DNA of 64,000 nucleotides from Bosea vestrisii (GTDB lineage: Bacteria > Pseudomonadota > Alphaproteobacteria > Rhizobiales > Beijerinckiaceae): NCBI RefSeq assembly GCF_030144325.1, contig NZ_CP126307.1, forward strand, positions 459,748-523,747, written 5' to 3'. Below are positions 62,833-64,000 of this stretch, piece after piece. The notes below the pieces were generated by a model, which was not told where the DNA came from, made no database searches, and saw nothing but the letters and a program-made list of their open reading frames with translations. Within the stretch, counting starts at the first letter, position 1; each line of letters begins with the position of its first letter. The translations under genes and the position numbers were made by a program.

Positions 62833-64000
62833 ATGCGTGGCGCAGATATCCTGGTCGAGATGCTGATCGGCTACGGCGTGGAGGTCGTCTTCGGCGTGCC
62901 GGGCGATACGAACGTGCCGTTCTATGAAGCGCTGCAACTATGCGGATTTCCCTTCATGTCGAAGATGAGTGCAAGGAGTTTCCGGCCTATCCAACGCTCC
63001 TTTCCCCGGAAAAGCTCGACACGCTGATCTCGCTGCTCACCGGCAGCAAGCGCCCGCTGATCGTCTCGGGCGGCGGGGTTAATCGCTCCTGCGCAGGTCC
63101 GCAGGTAACGGAGCTGGCGGAGCGCCTGAACATCCCGGTCTGCACGACGATGACCGGGCAAGGCACCATGCCTGACGACCATCGCCTGGCGGTCGGCGTC
63201 GTTGGCGACAACGGCTTTCACCCGCACGCCAACTGGGCGCTGGAACATGCCGATTTCGTGCTCTTCGTCGGCTCTCGAATGGGCTCTGTGGTGACGATTG
63301 GCTGGACTTTCCCGAAGATCACGCTGAACAAGCGCGTCGCCCAGATCGATATCGACCCGGAGATCATGGCGAACAACTACGAGAACGTGGTGTCGGTCCA
63401 GGGAGATGCCGGCCTGGTCCTCCAGCGCCTGATCGACATGGTTGCTGCCGACAGAGATGCCGGACGAACGCGGGAATGGGTCGACGAGCTCAACGATCTG
63501 CGCGCGAATTTCTGGGCGAATGCCGAGGTTCTGTTGAATTCGGAAGCAACGCCTCTGCGACCGGAGCGAGCCGTACGCTGCTTCAACGAGGCTCTGGAGC
63601 TCTATGGCAGGCCTGCCCATATCTATTCGGACGCCGGTACGCCGACGCCCCATATGACGCGCTTTCTCACGCTCAAGGATCGCAGGACGCGCCTTGCGAT
63701 TCCGCGTGCCTTCGGCGGCCTCGGTTCGGCGCTGCCCGCCACGGCCGGGGCGTGGTTCGCGGACAAGGAGCGCCGGCCCATCGGCATGTTCGGCGATGGT
63801 TCATTCGGGATGTCGCTCGGCGAACTGGAGACGCTCGTCCGCCTGCAGGTGCTGGCCATCCTCCTGCTGTTCGACAACGGCACGTTCGGATGGATCAAAG
63901 GCCTGCATCGGCTGAAGGGCCATAATCAATGTTTCGGCGTTGATTTCACGCCTCCCCGCGGCCAGGCGATCGCTGAGGCTTTCGATGTGAGAGCCTGGAC
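62833..64000 (+). pseudogene. Thiamine-diphosphate-dependent enzyme (acetolactate synthase-like) with internal deletion/frame break at ~62920-63000; 3'-partial
   Basis: N-terminal MRGADILVEMLIGYGVEVVFGVPGDTNVPFYEALQ breaks into garbage. A second frame resumes at ...LDTLISLLTGSKRPLIVSGGGVNRSCAGPQVTELAERLNIPVCTTMTGQGTMPDDHRLAVGVVGDNG... and continues through the TPP-binding region (...GMFGDGSFGMSLGELETLVRLQVLAILLLFDNGTFGWIKG...). About 130 aa of the pyrimidine-binding domain are missing, replaced by a ~78-nt low-GC stretch. The gene continues beyond the window. Confidence 0.5.

Noticed and set aside
1-64000. Searched by eye for CRISPR arrays, tRNA/rRNA genes, transposases, integrases and toxin-antitoxin pairs
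   Set aside because: No regularly spaced direct repeats with spacers, no cloverleaf-compatible segments with conserved T-loop (GTTCGA/GTTCAAATC), no DDE/transposase or tyrosine-recombinase motifs, and no small paired ORFs of TA type were found. tRNA absence should be confirmed with tRNAscan.

Overview
High-GC (~67-68%) chromosomal segment of alphaproteobacterial type, most like Rhizobiales/Bradyrhizobiaceae; all calls are from reading the six-frame track and the sequence by eye. About 8 kb is a conserved housekeeping block on the minus strand (bcp, an M23 peptidase, an SGNH hydrolase, prfB with its programmed +1 frameshift site, PBP1A mrcA, a cell-wall amidase) with a divergent rne that has a ~500-nt leader. 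The remainder is accessory-like. It contains MscS, an aminotransferase, an orphan ImmA/IrrE-like metallopeptidase, a Gfo/Idh oxidoreductase, a GGDEF cyclase and a MerR-tenA-MFS unit. Next is an AraC-regulated Liv-type ABC importer whose last ATPase ORF runs in frame into a UPF0261/Tm-1-like domain and is translationally coupled to a PEP-hydrolase-like TIM-barrel protein; I rate this the most interesting unit in the window. Downstream are a frameshifted flotillin/SPFH gene with internal tandem repeats and a Cox-like molybdenum-hydroxylase cluster: two SRPBCC/CoxG-like genes, FAD and 2Fe-2S subunits, a large subunit split into two ORFs by a Pro/Gln-rich tail, a MoxR ATPase and a VWA protein. That cluster is coupled to an amidohydrolase and followed by an MBL-fold hydrolase, a gluconolactonase-isochorismatase fusion, an O-methyltransferase and TetR. 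Beyond this are a sugar ABC/GH4/LacI locus with two frameshifts, an autotransporter plus two-component island abutting a 5'-truncated methylmalonyl-CoA mutase, and a terminal ~3.5 kb mosaic of gene fragments (LysR, alpha/beta hydrolase, pirin, DAO, TPP enzyme with an internal deletion). Several intergenic regions carry nested palindromic REP/MITE-like repeats. No rRNA, tRNA, CRISPR array or transposase was recognised.
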